DNA of 64,000 nt, from positions 248,001 to 312,000 of the forward strand of contig RDEW01000043.1 in assembly GCA_011109175.1 (NCBI GenBank). The letters are read 5' to 3'. The notes beneath the pieces are model-generated. The model made no database searches. It was given only the letters and a program-made list of their open reading frames with translations, and was not told the DNA's origin. This stretch comes from Dicyema japonicum. Lineage: Eukaryota; Animalia; Dicyemida. The position numbers and the translations under genes are program-made. This document shows positions 22,851 through 36,275 of this stretch, one piece after another (the first letter of the stretch is position 1; every line of letters starts with the position of its first letter).

Positions 22851-24324
22851 TTAATCAGAATCTTCTGCACTTTGGATTTGATTTTCATCTGAAGATTTGA
22901 TTTTACATCTTTTTCTAGCACTCTCATTGGGTAGGTTTTCCTCTTCATCTGAAAATTCTTTTTGCAGTTCCTCAAGCCTTTCAGCTTCCTGGATTTCGTT
23001 GTTGCTCGTTATTAAGTTTTGAAATATCATCCCAAAACTATCTGCTTCCTGGATTTTTACATCATTTGTAGTTTTGTTGTGCAGTCTTTTTCCTAGACAT
23101 TTCGCTTTCTGGACTTTGTCGTCATTTGTAACTTCGCTTTTCTGAGGTTCTTCGTCATTGTTTGGAAGATCTGAAATCATTGGGGAACAATTTTGAAGTT
23201 GATCACAGCTATATTGTGAGTTTAAATCAGTTATTGATTTTCCAAGATTATGAATAAGTACAGTTTGCCGAAATAATTCTTGGAACCTTTGTTCATTGTT
23301 TATTAAAAATTCATAATATTTTAAAAAGTCGAATACTGAAAAGAATTCCTTGGAAGCTTGACCTTCCTTGAAAAAATTGTAAAGATCTAAATTTTACAAA
23401 ATTGAAGTCAAACACATCAAAGTCATCATGAGGGATAGTTCGATACAATCCGGACTCAATTTTTTATAATCACTGGCCACTTGAATATTTCATGGATAAT
23501 TTTTTGATTTCCCTTCTCTCTCATACAATGTCTAGAAACTCCAAGACCATGTGGAAATAGGATTATCTCCGTTTCTTGGTTGTAATCTTGAAGAGAACAT
23601 AAAATGTAATTTTCTATTACTGAATTTCTCAGTAAATTTATTTTGCCAGAAAAAATAGGCTAAATATTATTTAAACTTCAAACTAGTAGAGCGTCCCTAA
23701 GGTTTGCCGCAAATTCTACAAAATGAGGCATTGCAGATTTTATATTTTCGAATATTTCACTCCATTTCACATCATCATCGTTCTCAGAGATAATAATCCT
23801 GCAGTTCTTGTTTACATTTTTTGGTATTTTATCACAAATTAACAATCTGAATGCATTTTTGTGAATCAAAGGATAAATCAATCGATCATAAAGAACGATC
23901 GCAGTATTAAGTATACGAAAGTCCATTCTTAAAAATATTAGTAATTTGGCTTGAGACGGTTCTCTTAAGTCTTCGACAGATCTCTGATCCTGAGATTTTC
24001 GAGTTTCGGTTGAAACACCTAGCATTATCTATAAAAGTCACGATTCGATTCCATCCCCATATCTAAACATTTTTTCAGCCGACAGCCAGTACATCGGGTT
24101 CTTCTTTCTTTGTCGATAACGCAGCCATCATTGTAGCAACAACCAATATTAGCTTTTTTCTTAACTGAACGCCGGAAAAATCCCTAAAGTTTCAGATCAA
24201 TATTTTACCTTGCACCCTTCACAGCTTAGTACTCCATAATGATACCCAGAAGCATTATCTCCACAAACTCTACAGAACTTTGAATTTTCCAAGTCCGGAT
24301 TTTTCGTCCAAACTAATTTTCATA
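22851..24324 (-). CDS. Nuclear hormone receptor, NR1-like (C4 zinc-finger DBD + divergent LBD + acidic C-terminal tail)
   Basis: [22 protein letters not shown]|[44 protein letters not shown], then LBD-like FVEFAANL...[14 protein letters not shown]...IELSLMM...QRFQELF...PMISDL. Introns at 24184-24208, 24019-24041, 23660-23683 and 23387-23413 (25, 23, 24, 27 nt). One homopolymer frameshift near 23460. The start is uncertain. The ORF track misses the DBD. Confidence 0.92.
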
Positions 24325-24439
24325 AAAATCAATTGAAAAAAAATTATAGACTATAGATTACGTAAATTATTGATTATCAATTCCAAACATATCGAATTAT
24401 ATTACAATTCTGCATACAGCTCGGAGATATTTACCATCA

Positions 24440-24745
24440 GCACAAAGCCTTAAAGTCGAAAATATTCAAATATAACTCAGCTCATAATATTATTCTCCTA
24501 AGCAAAGCTATATTACATGATTAAGCCTACTGTGCCCCATATGATGTAATATTAGAATGGCTACATTGCATAATTTGCTCCAAGTGTGCACAAATTTATG
24601 ACCAATAAGGCATTAAACTCAAAAATATTCCAATATACCTCAGCTCATAATATTATTCTGCCTAAGCACAGCTATATTACATGATTAAGCCTACTATGGT
24701 CCATCTGATGCAACAGCAGTAAGGTTACCTCGCATAATTTGGTTT
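24440..24745. repeat. Imperfect tandem duplication of about 160 bp
   Basis: CTCAGCTCATAATATTATTCT(G)CCTAAGCA(A/C)AGCTATATTACATGATTAAGCCTACT occurs at about 24476 and about 24638. Confidence 0.85.
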
Positions 24746-25033
24746 AATTTACACTTAATCTAACACCATCACAAGTATATTGAAATGAACTATGTTAAGT
24801 GACCCCCTTATAAGGAAAAAATTGAAAATTGAAAAGTTACCTTCTTTATTTTTGCTCCTATGTTTGTTCTTTTCTTCTTTTTCTTCTTCCATTTCGGGAG
24901 GGGGAATTTGGCAGATTGAAGAATCCGAGTAAACCTGGCTATCATCCGACATTATCACGTTTTAGCGTACTTCGCTATATATGGCTTTCGACAATACAGA
25001 TTAGCGAATATTTTAATTATTACTATAAACGCT

Positions 25034-25095
25034 GTCTACCCCCAAAACTAATTAGAAGGATGCGGTCTACCCCCAAAATTTATTCTAAGGATGCG
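25034..25095. repeat. 31-bp tandem repeat x2
   Basis: GTCTACCCCCAAAACTAATTAGAAGGATGCG / GTCTACCCCCAAAATTTATTCTAAGGATGCG. Confidence 0.85.
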
Positions 25096-27399
25096 GAAGT
25101 GTGCATTCTGTTTAGCAGGGTCAGTGACCTGCTTCCTATGATTCCTGACGTTTCCACGGGAATGGTTAAAAAATGAACTATCCACCGAGACATTCGTATT
25201 TCTTCATCTTGACGTTATTTCAAATTAAGTGACATCAAAAAAGTGACAAAATTTTAATTGCAAGAAAATCTATTGACTCAGACATCCTCAATAAATCCAA
25301 AATCAATTATTTCATTTACAATAATTGCTATTTTGCCATGCTGATAATTAAAATATCTAAATTTATCACTACAGTCCTCTATTTCCTTAGATTGGAAGTT
25401 TTTTGACATCTTAAAGGTTCTGGATTCCTAAATGAGTTAGTGAGCACAAAAATAGGGAGATATAAATTTTGTTAAAAAGAGGATTTTTGAGGTTAATCTA
25501 TAGGTTTTTAAAACTGCTTGAGACATTTATTTTTTATTAGCAATAATCATTGAATAATGCATCTTCGGTTGAATCTTTGCCAAGTTCTTTCAATTTAGAC
25601 TGAAAAAGATTCAATTTGAAGCCTTTGTGTATCCACATTTCTTTTAGTTCTAAACTTCAGTGTTTTGATGCCAACTGAATACGTCCTTTTTGCCACTCAA
25701 ATGAGAAAAAGACAATAACTTTACGTCATCAAACGACGGGGCATTTAGTCAGTTATAATCAAAAACAAATTGATCACTCTCGATAGATCACTTGTTGATC
25801 AAGTGCAAGAACTTTATTAGCAAACAGGACAAATAATAATCAACTTTATTAAAATATTCAAGTTCTAACTAAGAGTTTCAATATTTTCTCATTTTGGCTC
25901 ACTTCATTCACATGCAACATCAAGAGGCCCTCATCTTCCTTCACTCAGAATTTACTAACCTCAGTTTCGAGTGCCTTTAGGAACTCGTGTTTATAGTCAA
26001 AGGTCATGCTTTCCAACGTCTTCTTGAAGGCAGACTGGTATTATAAATTTATATAACCTCATCTATTTGCTGTGACAATAAAAATTAAAAAATATTAACA
26101 CAACCGAATTTAGTAAAATCAATTATATCATTCCTCACCACAATCATTCAAACTTGCCTGAAAAGTCGATATTTATACTATTCATACGAATAGTTATTGG
26201 TTTTTTAAACCGGCACTAGAGTATGCTTGTGCCTCACGGGCTCATGGAGTTTCAATATCCAATTCCCTAACAGCCAAACTGGTACGTCTAACAAATCTAT
26301 TTTTCGATCTTTCCCCCCAATGCTTGACCACGCCTCAATAGAAAACGGTTTCATCGGTCTGTGTGGTCATGAGACAAGTCGTTTCTTCCATTCAAGATAG
26401 AAGCCTCAAATACACGTAAATTGGGGAAAAACCCACCCCTCTTCAAATCTTAATGGAAGGTGATCGTCGTCGATACAGGAAAGCCTTGGTTCTCTGGAGG
26501 AACACAAGAAAAACCTCTCAATCCTTTTGAGGTGTACCGGGGTCACTTAGTTGATTTACTCCTTCTTTCTTGGTGTTCCCTTCTCGGGATTATTAAATAA
26601 TAATTGGGTTTCTAGCCATATAACATATTTAACCGTTTCATCCAATTACTTATAATTTATCTACCCCCAGACCATTTGAGTGAAAGATACCAGTGGCTAA
26701 CAGAATATTAACATTAAAAAATGAATGGTGCAAGAGATCAGTCAGATGTATCTGACGTAGCAGGTTCAATCTTGTCAAGTGAAATATTTGAATTAAACCA
26801 GTTCCGACGATTTAAATTAATTTGAAAGCATAAAATTTTATGAAATGTTTATATGCCGTTTCTTACTTAATAACTGTTGGCTTCCTAAAGAGGCCCTGTC
26901 CGAGTCCACCTACTAGTTCTCTACAGAACCGAATATACCTGACTGATCCCTGAGAGCTTCCGCTCTTGGCTGTTACGTTTTTGTTAACCACCGGTTCTTT
27001 CACATGAAGGGATCGGGGGTAAATAAATAAATACAAGACGCCTGGGTAACTTGAATAGCTAACACTCTTGACAACGCGGTATCAGCTTTTAACCAAACGA
27101 TCCACTTAGTCATGGAAATTTTAATCAGAAAAAACACCCTAACCTTCCATAAAATTAATTGGCCACAAGAGATTAAAGGCAATGTTAAAAAAACAAGAAC
27201 GTGACTAGTAAAAACTCACATCATCCCTAAGAAACCAAAACACCTTCTTAAAAATGTGTAATACGCTCCAAAAAGTCACGTGTAACATCAGCAATGAACT
27301 TGAAAATAGCTGTTAACTAAAAAATCATGAATAAGTCAAAAATCATGAATAAGTCTCTTCACAAAAATCAAGACATTCATCTATTAATATGAGTTTGAG

Positions 27400-28290
27400 A
27401 ATATTATCAAAAGCCAAAAGCGACCTTACTCTTGGGGGACGGACTGAATACCTACAATGATTCTTAAAAATTGTTCACTTTGCTCTCACACAAAAATTTT
27501 AACCACCCATCGAAACTTTATCCAGTACATCTGGAAGTTATCGGATATACGAGTGATCCTGAAGCCTCAGGTTCCGCAGGACTCTCCCTCTGCGAAAATC
27601 ATAGAGAAATTAATTCTTGATACATCTCCCCATGGGGGTTTTCAATATAAATTTGAGAAGATTCTCTCAACGACAAACAACCTCTTAATCCTAACAAGAT
27701 TCATTTAGGGTTGGGGGTACAATGCAAATCTGGGAATCAAAAGACCTCAGTATGCTCCATTAAAATATAAGATTCTAGTTTGCTACACTGACTTTTGACT
27801 CAATTCCAAGAAAAAAATTTATTAGGTCTTTGACTCAGACATTTCAAGCAAATTTAAAAAATGGATTGGGAACTCCCTCAACTAACACGGAGGTCAATGT
27901 ATTGAAATGTTTATCTAGAATATGGAAAACCGGTACCACCTGGTCTTGATGAATATCTACAAACAATGCATTGAACGATGCTTCTCGTACGCGTGTGCTT
28001 TGTGGGGACCTTCATTATCATGAACGAATACTGAGAAAATCGAGGACGTACAAAAGAAGGCTTTCAGAGTCACGGAGCGGTGGACTTGTGGGAGACACAG
28101 AACCAGACCGACTACTCTGGAGGCCCTCATAAAACTAAACTCCGGCATGCGGGAAGGTGGCCCTGCAAATAGTCAGCCGCCCAGTACGAGCTTGTGTGGG
28201 CACGAGGAAGGAGCACCGGGAAAGAATGAGGATTTTGGTGGAACATCGGGATCACGTGATAGTTAGTTTGGTTTTACCGTGGTCTTGGGT
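27400..28290 (+). mobile_element. Deleted LINE RT with 3' hairpin
   Basis: IYKQCIERCFSYACALWGP, then CGGGATCACG...CGTGGTCTTG and an A-rich tail. Confidence 0.75.
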
Positions 28291-28599
28291 GTTAAATATA
28301 TAAATAAAGAACTTCCAATTTCGTATCAAAATTCATACCAAGGATTCATTTATCATAAGTACTTTATAATTTGTTTTTACAGAACCAACCGACCAACTCC
28401 GGCGACAACTCACAAACACTAATTTGCATCAGAGACAAGTCAGTCCAATAAATCACAGAGATCGCCCCAATCGCCTAAATAAATAGTTGGACACGTATTA
28501 CAGAAAAATCATCCACAGTACTCTTTACCTCTAATAGAAGATTGACTAACTCCACCCAAGACTGGTTCTGAAAACTGCAAAAACGCAGTAAAAATAGTG

Positions 28600-29900
28600 C
28601 CATGTTTGACTTTTTCGTGGCCTTTAGTGAGTAACATCTTGTCCGTTTCCCAAAGAAAATATAACTTTATAAAGGAACTTTTCAACGCTTACGAACGCAT
28701 AACGAACTTTATTACCAAAATGAATTTAAAAAAAGGTATTTTTTAAGGCTTCTTGTAACACAAGTCCTGCTACAACTTGGACCTTATCCCTCATATTTCA
28801 TGTCGTGCTGCAATGTAACAGTCAAGGATCGAATCTCTTCCCAAAGGTTTGTCATCTTTTTCTCTACTACTTATCCTATCGACATTACTAGCCGATCTTC
28901 TTCCTCTTCTAGAGTCTCGTCGAGCCGCTAGCTCAGGGTAATCTTGATCTCTGTTCTCCTTGACTTTTTCAGAAGCGAGATAACATCCCAATTTGTCTTG
29001 TAAAGTACCATTTCTTAATTCCATAGAGGAGCGATGAAATGAACATCTCTTCTTCAGTATAGTAGAAGCTATTTAGTCTTTTGAGCATAATCTTGTTTTC
29101 GGTTGACTCTGAACTCCTCACTCTCTGACAAATCTTCCAGAACGAATGATTGCGCTTATTTGCCATTCGTAGTTGAGAGTTCCACTTGCTTTTATTCCAG
29201 TCTTTACTGTGTTCCAGGAATTGCTTTTTTTAGGTCGAGATTTTGTAAAAACAGGGCAAAGCGATCCTGTGGATCTATGCATCTTCTTAGTATAGTCTTT
29301 AGATTTCTTTTCATAAAAATCTTCTTGATGTTCCAATAAATCAAGGTAACATCATCATTTCTGAGTATATTTTTCTGGCGATGTTTTCCGGGTAATTTTT
29401 GATCAGATCTGTTATTTGTTTACTTGCTTGGTCGATTTCCAGTGGAGTTTATTGTAGCACTGATTCTTGCCAATGAACACTCGATAATAGGCCTAAGTTA
29501 GGTTCCTTGTGTCGTAGCCAACAAAGACTCCAGGCTCATTATCCGTCTTCGGATTTATCAGCGGAATGTGGTCGTTGCCAATATCCAGCAATCGATATGT
29601 CTGTACAACATGTTTCCTCCGAAGGGAGAAAAGTGATTGTTCTCTTCAGACGTAAGGACTCTCACATCAAAGGCCTCCAGATAATTCATTCAAACCACCA
29701 AAAGTAACAGAAGTTGAACGACTTTTTGTTCAAGTTTGATATCTTTGAATTATTTTAGTGAAAAGAATACCAAAATGCCGTCAAAAGTCAGTGAATTCAA
29801 TTCACAAATAATTAAGAAAACCGTTCAGCATAGTTGAGTTTATAACAAAATTGTTCCGACTCGTAACATGTCTGCTAGTATTGAACCATAAAGTTTATTA
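28600..29900 (-). mobile_element. Possible highly decayed Ty1/copia integrase-RT relic
   Basis: Minus-strand PGVFVGYD...AYY (integrase SH3-like), LNYAER and ELRNGT...KVKENRD...LAAR resemble copia motifs; very degenerate. Confidence 0.3.
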
Positions 29901-31785
29901 TTCGTTAAACGAGTCGTAGATATCATCAATTATGATAACTGTGTCGAATAGCACGTGGTTTTATGAAGAGGCTAGAAATATCTGCAATCTGATCCTTCTA
30001 AGAAAATAAAAATAAGGTCAAATTGGTGCAAAAGAGCTAAGGGACCGACTAAAAGTGGAATCTCTTAGTCAAGACGCAAAATTATAAAACAGATTTAGGA
30101 AAAAAAACTGCAAGCTTTCCAAATTCATCAATTGAAGGCAATTATGAGGTTCTTGGAGTTAAACCTGCTCAATGGGGAATCCCAATCGATGCCTCTTGGA
30201 AATCAACCACATCAAGAGTTCGTGGTCTTTCGTCAGCTTGACGACAATGTCGAATAAAAATTTATTGAATAATAAAAAAATATCTCAACTTTCAAAAAAC
30301 CAGACTTAATATCTTTACTGAAATAATGGATCGGAAATTCATAGAGTTTGAAATATCTTAGGGTTTTTTATTGTGGCATTTTACACTGGCGGGGTCTGAC
30401 AGCTATTCTTCTGAAATACAACCACCATATGACAACAAAAATTAACCAGAAAGTCAAACTTTTTAAAAAATCTTTATATTGAGACTCAAAGTAATAATTC
30501 TACCCTAAAACTGAGACCAAAATTAGATTAAAGGAAATATTAAATACTTGCTCTCGCTCCTCCCTAGGATATTATGGCTGTGTAAACAAGAGTGATAATA
30601 AAAAGACCGAGTCTCCTAGAAATTTTATTCTTTCACAAACAACGCTAAGTTTCTACCAAAATTCTCAAAATATTGGGCATAAGACTAAATATTACAACTC
30701 TCCGTTGAAGAATTAAAATGAAGGGTAATCTGCTTACAAATGGTATTTTTTGAATGCAATAAAGTCTTGAAATTATCTTTCAATTATTAGTTGGCAACTA
30801 TCTCTCCATCATTGATAAATTAGTTTGATTATGAATTAGCGTATTGCCACGTGGTCCAACTTGAAGAATTCTTTTTCTTCCTTCTAATGTCATCATCGGA
30901 TCCACCTTATTCTGGCGACGCCTAATGCCTGACCGGCTTTAAAAAAGGTGCAACTCTTTTTTCCACCAGGAGACTATTTCGCCCTGACGATGAGTTTTCG
31001 CGTCGACCTCAGATTCCCGGAAAATGTCCTCTGGATCACTGTGCTTGGATGAGGGCTCTATTGGGACATGTCAGAATCACGGGATTAGTTAGGTCTCATA
31101 ACTTAGATGTTTTCTATCGACAATACATTGAACTTACAATTAGTTATGCTTGTGTTGCTTGAGAAACAAATCTCGCTGCTATAAACCTAAAATATATTAT
31201 GTTAAAGCAAAATAAGCAAAAATGTTTATTTTTATCAAGGAACGTTGAAGCTTTGAAGAAATTGTCAAGGCGCCTGAAACAGATTTTGTGAACAAAACCT
31301 GTCAAACAGGACTGTCTGAACACCGGAAAAGTGTGAAAGTTAATGAGGGACCCAACCTTGTTTTTTTTGGTAAAGGACGGGTAATGTTGTCAAATTAACT
31401 AAATTATTCCAAAGACCAAAGTTAGAATCAAACTAACTAATTCCTTGATCCTGACGCTTCTAGCAGAAATCTTACCCAATCACAGTGATCCAGAAAGCGT
31501 TGTCCGGAAAGTTGAGGTCGATTCAGGGTCAGTGACGTATCTAACTACCGTCGAGCTCTTTATCAGAAAAACGGACTCAGGGTTATCTCACACAAGCATC
31601 TGCCTGTAGCACTAGAATATACGTAGATTTACAAAGGTTTTAACCCCTTTCCTTACTCCTGATGAACTGGGATCAAATTCTCTGCCCTGAGAGTAAGGTC
31701 CCTAATCGTCTTTTTACTAATAATCAGCCTGGAAGTTGCCGAACAGAGTGTAACAATAATATCCACCAATATATAAAATACAAAA

Positions 31786-32209
31786 TTATGATAAAGGTAA
31801 AATTTTGTTAGCATTTTGCCAAAAATGGATAACTTCCAATTGCCAACAAGCCTCAACCAAAGGAGAGGACACCACACTCAGTTTTATTGGTTTTATAATA
31901 ACTTTCCCATCCATTTCAACCACGTGTCCCACCAATGAACAGTAGAAACCGGGTTTTAGGTCGAATATGTTATTTGATGCTGAATTAGTTTTAAATTCAA
32001 GAATCCCTGTCCCGTCGTCCAAAATACCCCAAATTCCGTTAACTGCATTATACTTAAAATTTGACTACCTCTGTGAGGACTCCTTGAAGCCATACAAGTG
32101 AGAAATGATAATTATTTGAATTGAAGTTAAATTTCCATTTTGATTTGCTGCTTTTCGAAATTTTAGATATTTGACAACAAAAAAATTTATAAGACGGTTG
32201 AGAACTCAT
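31786..32209 (-). CDS. RMI2: RecQ-mediated genome instability protein 2 (OB fold)
   Basis: MSSQPSYKFFCCQISK...WKF...VWLQG(VLTE)|...ILDDGTG...LKPGFYCSLVGHV...IKPIKLSVVSSPLVEACWQLEV*. One intron with ambiguous boundaries within 32043-32080. Confidence 0.8.
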
Positions 32210-32359
32210 ATTTAAATTTTCTACTATTTAAATTCAAAAATATTCAAAAACTTTTTAATAAAATTTAATTAAACATTAAATTCGACTGTGTATTTTTTGG
32301 TTAACGATTAGGTCTATGTCTTTATCGTACTCTCAGTTTGTCTATTCTATTCCATTTAC

Positions 32360-32720
32360 AGTTGCAATTTTCAACGTCAGAGGACTCGCTTGAACACTAA
32401 ATAGGAGACCTTATTCATGGAATTGGAACGATACAAAGTTAGTGTGGCCTGTTACAAAGGTGAAAATAAAAGTGGATAGAGATGTATGCTATGGAATTAC
32501 CAGCTAGTACTACTACCGTCCTGCTGCCGTTACTATGGAATGGGCTTCACAGTCATTCATGAATCGCCTACTCAAGGTATGGAGAGTTACTAATAGAATC
32601 GCTATCTTTCAATTAGGTATTGGATCACGTAAAAATAAATCGATTATGTCTGTTATTAATGCCGAGACGTGTGAGGAGGAAAGTTACATGAGAAAACAGG
32701 CAAAACGTATAGTCAAGACC
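32360..32720 (+). mobile_element. RTE-like APE endonuclease fragment
   Basis: IFNVRGL...ELERYKVSVAC, and INAET...ESY resembling IxYAP. Confidence 0.55.
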
Positions 32721-32789
32721 ACAGCACAACCGGAACCCTAAGTATTTATATTCTTATGAGCAACGCGCAACTGCATTTAACTAACTACC

Positions 32790-34065
32790 TAGGGCAACCG
32801 AAAAACATAAGCCTTGGAATTCTTCAATAAAAAAACGCAGTATGTGGATCAAGTTCAAGAAGATTAACGGTAGCTCCACTAATCTCCGAAAGTTTTTTCA
32901 AGAAAACGAGGAATAATCTGTTTGGAAATGGGGGAGCCCAATATAATTAGGTGTACCACGTCGGTAATAAAAGCATAGGGGAGAAAAGACATGATCTTGC
33001 ATCGTGATTTGAAGAATTCATCTTGCGAGAGTCCCAGATTACAAATTTCAGATTTACTCGCATTAATATCGAGTCCATAACTGCTAAGAATGGGAAGAAG
33101 TATTTCAAGACTTTTCAAAACCGTCACGGAAGATCCACTGATCGTAGCATCGTCCAAATACCAACAATTGAAAGCCGTCACACACGAACGGGCAGTCTCA
33201 TCCACTGTTAAGCAAAAAAGAAGCAGACCAAGAGGATTATCTTGTTGGATCCCATTCGATGATTTAACGGGATAATCACCAATAACGAGATCGACTGGGG
33301 TACCTTATGCGAGGTTCGTAATGTGGATAATTCTTGGGGCTCTTCTCAAAACGGTTTCCAGAATATGGTCCCTCCTCGCCGAATTGAAGGCGTTGGAAAC
33401 GTCGTTTTACAATAATCCCAGGGTTTTCCTCTTTACAAAAGTTCACAAATGAACGAGCGCCATGAATGGCCGATTCGCACGGGCTGTGGACGCCTACTCA
33501 GTTCGAAAGACAGATCATCGATGACACGCCAGCATGAAAGTTTTAAAGCAAGTCTTCGGAATAGACCCCAACAGCAATAGACCTGACTCCACCACCAGGT
33601 TTTGAGAATGGGAACAATAAGGCAGAAAAAAAGTTCATGAGCGATGTGAGGGATTTTCCCGAATACAAACAGATTTACAAGTTTTGTTAACGATGATACA
33701 AGGTGAGCTTCCATCTCAAAAGTTAAGAATGACGAAAGGTCTCTGATATGCCATCCTCAAATGACTGAATAGATTTCCTAAGGCTTGCAGCGGTGGAAAC
33801 TCCTCGACGATTACAGTGCAATCCAATTGTAATTAGGGGAAAGAGAAATAAGAAAATCCAATCCATGGTCTCCAAAGTCGAGGTAGCCCTGTCAATACCG
33901 CGAGCAAGAACCTCGGTCGCCACCACCCTCACAGACCTTGGGATCCTCAAAGGAATACGTATCTGTACTCGTAACCTCGACACAAGAAGTAGAATTTCTT
34001 TAGACGTAACGTGATCGATGGACGATCCAGAGCAGGGTCAGACATATTGAGGGATTTAGTAATAC
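32790..34065 (-). mobile_element. CRE-like retroelement fragment (N-terminal part + RT)
   Basis: IRIPLRIPRSVRVVATEVLARGI, QGDPLGPLLF-like codons near 33240 and CWYLDDATI; near-identical inverted twin at about 50240-50800. Confidence 0.85.
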
Positions 34066-34099
34066 AGAATCTGTATTTGTGAATTTTTAGTTAGTTAAA

Positions 34100-34420
34100 G
34101 GTAATTATTAGGAATCAGAATATGACATGCTCTTGGACGAATATTTTGAAGATCAAAGCTAGCCGGAAAAAGAGCCTCCAAAATCACGGAACGCTGGATT
34201 TCTGGAGAGTTCTAGCCACCATTGCCACTTAAAGCTTTGATACGAATGAACCATGGAACGCGCCGTCATGACTGCATAGGTCCACTCACTCGACCGATAC
34301 GTGCTTGTGTGGGTCGAGGGTGGAGCATCGGGCCAAGATGAGGTCCCTGCTAGAGCGTGCTGCGATCACTTGATTAGTTAGTTTGTGTAACCGTGGTCTC
34401 TGGTGTTATTATTATTATTA
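34100..34420 (+). mobile_element. Short LINE 3' end with hairpin and (TTA)n tail
   Basis: GATCACTTGATTAGTTAGTTTGTGTAACCGTGGTC then TTATTATTATTATTA. Confidence 0.65.
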
Positions 34421-34999
34421 TGCTTAAAAATTAACACCCTTATTTTATTCTCCCAGGATCATTTGGCTAAAATAGAAAAATGTCTAATCTAACTGAGTAT
34501 AACCAAAGAAGGAGGCCGATACTGAGAGAATGAATATCATGCACTGCTACTCTTATTGGGAATGTAGTCAGGTCATATTTGAGGAGTTTTCAAGGTATCT
34601 GATAAAATTTTTTAAGAAGGCGTTGTATCGAAGGTTTGCAACCTTTAGGAATTTTCGTTTTGTTGGAAAGCTGTTTTGAAGGATGGAAACCTTTAGGAAC
34701 TTTGGTTGTTATTGGAGACCTTAAAGAATAATAACTTTGAAATTAGGATAATGATTTATTTGGTTATTGACAACTTAAACATGAAAGAACGGAAAATGAT
34801 AATTGACCACGATTTACTTGTTAGGAAAGTATTGTCTTGATAAACTGGTGGTTGATGGCGGAGAGGCACACAGTGTTGCTTCTAAGAATTTTTAAGATAA
34901 TTTTTAAAACTGTCATCAGCCTTGCCGTCATCTAATTTTTTCACGTGTCTCGCGAAAGAAAGTCTTTAATTAAAATAACTCTCAGAATGTTTGATCTAA

Positions 35000-35350
35000 A
35001 TTGATTGTAGCCAAACCCATCCTACACATTAAGTCTCGAGATCATAAGCTCTCGTTGGAGACTTTTTGGACACGTCCTGAGGTTGGACCCAATATCGTTA
35101 TGGAAGATTACTACTCCTCCAATGTAAAACGCTTTTGTGGAAGACCAAGAACAACCCTCCCTATCGTTTTACAAAACGATCTGAAAGCCGTGAAGAAAAC
35201 ATTGGCATCTGGTGACGATCTGGACATACTGAGGAACCTGGCTAAGAACAGAAAAGCTTGGAGCAAGCTAACTCATTCTCTAATATTTTTTGCTGCAGAT
35301 GCGGGGCTATAAATATTATGGGTCTCGTGAAAGTGCTAATAATAATAATA
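35000..35350 (+). mobile_element. RTE 3' fragment
   Basis: GRPRTTLPIVLQNDLK...LRNLAKNRKAW and a (TAA)n tail. Confidence 0.75.
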
Positions 35351-35379
35351 CAGAGTCAAGATGTCTAGTACATTATTAT

Positions 35380-36110
35380 TATTATATTATTAGTACGCGA
35401 TGCCAAGATCATGACAAAGCATATGCAACACGTAAAGGTAACAATCTAATTAACATTGCCCATCTTTTTCGATCAGTTGCCGTGTTCCGTAGCATATCTA
35501 GATCATCTTCATCTTTAAACCACTTTCCAATCCTCCTGAGATCTTCATCTAGGATTACCGGCAGTGTTGTCCTCGGCAGGTCGCGGAAACGCGAAGCCTC
35601 TAAGATAAAATACTCATCCATTGCTATGTTGCAGGGGTCCCCATATCGTAGCGGAGTATGTGTCCAAACAGCCTCCATCTTGAATCAGTAATATCACATG
35701 ATATTGGCTCAGTTCCTGTCCTCTTGTATAAAATTTCGGACGACATTTTGAAAAAGCTTCGGGAAGAAAGGAGTGCTCGGAGATGATTTCTATGAAAAGA
35801 ATTCAACTTTTCGAGTTCCTGCCCTGTACATGCCCATGTACCGGCATTATATAATAGGATTGGCTTCACTAGGGCATTGTATAGTCTCATTCGAGCTTTA
35901 TGGTCAAGCCCTTTCTGCAGAAGCCAGATATTTTTTATTTTGTTGAAAGCGACATTAGTTAGTGTCTTCCTTCGTGTTATATCTTCGGTGTCACCGAGAA
36001 GAGATCCTAGTTTTTTTGATCTACGCCAGTGTTCCTCGATCCTTTCCTCACTTTTTTTAGCTCCGTGATTTCGGTTTCATTTGTGTTTACTTTTAATGAC
36101 AATTCAGCCA
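35380..36110 (-). mobile_element. RTE 3' fragment, tail-to-tail with the previous copy
   Basis: RLYNALVKPILLYNAGTW, SRWRLFGHILR and LPRTTLPVILDEDL; (TAA)n tail at about 35371-35390. Confidence 0.85.
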
Positions 36111-36275
36111 TTTTATAAGGCATCTAGTACATTTCTGGTATGAAAAATTTTTAATTAAGAAAATGATTTTATTCAACTTGGATATATTTTAATCAAAATA
36201 TTAATTTTTATATATTTATTTTTTTACAAATTTATGTTAATTTAAATTTTTGTTCTGACGTAGTGTTGTGCGAAA

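Noticed and set aside
30984-31015. Hammerhead-like CTGACGA followed by a TGAG/CTCA stem
   Set aside because: The stem is followed by GATT, not GAAA, and no stems I/III are found; it lies in a LINE coding remnant. Other CTGATGA hits also failed.
32421-32449. Resemblance to U6 snRNA (AATTGGAACGATACA...TTAG..TGGCC)
   Set aside because: It lacks the ACAGAGA box and flanking U6 sequence, and it reads in frame as RTE endonuclease (ELERYKVSVAC), like the APE at 44290.
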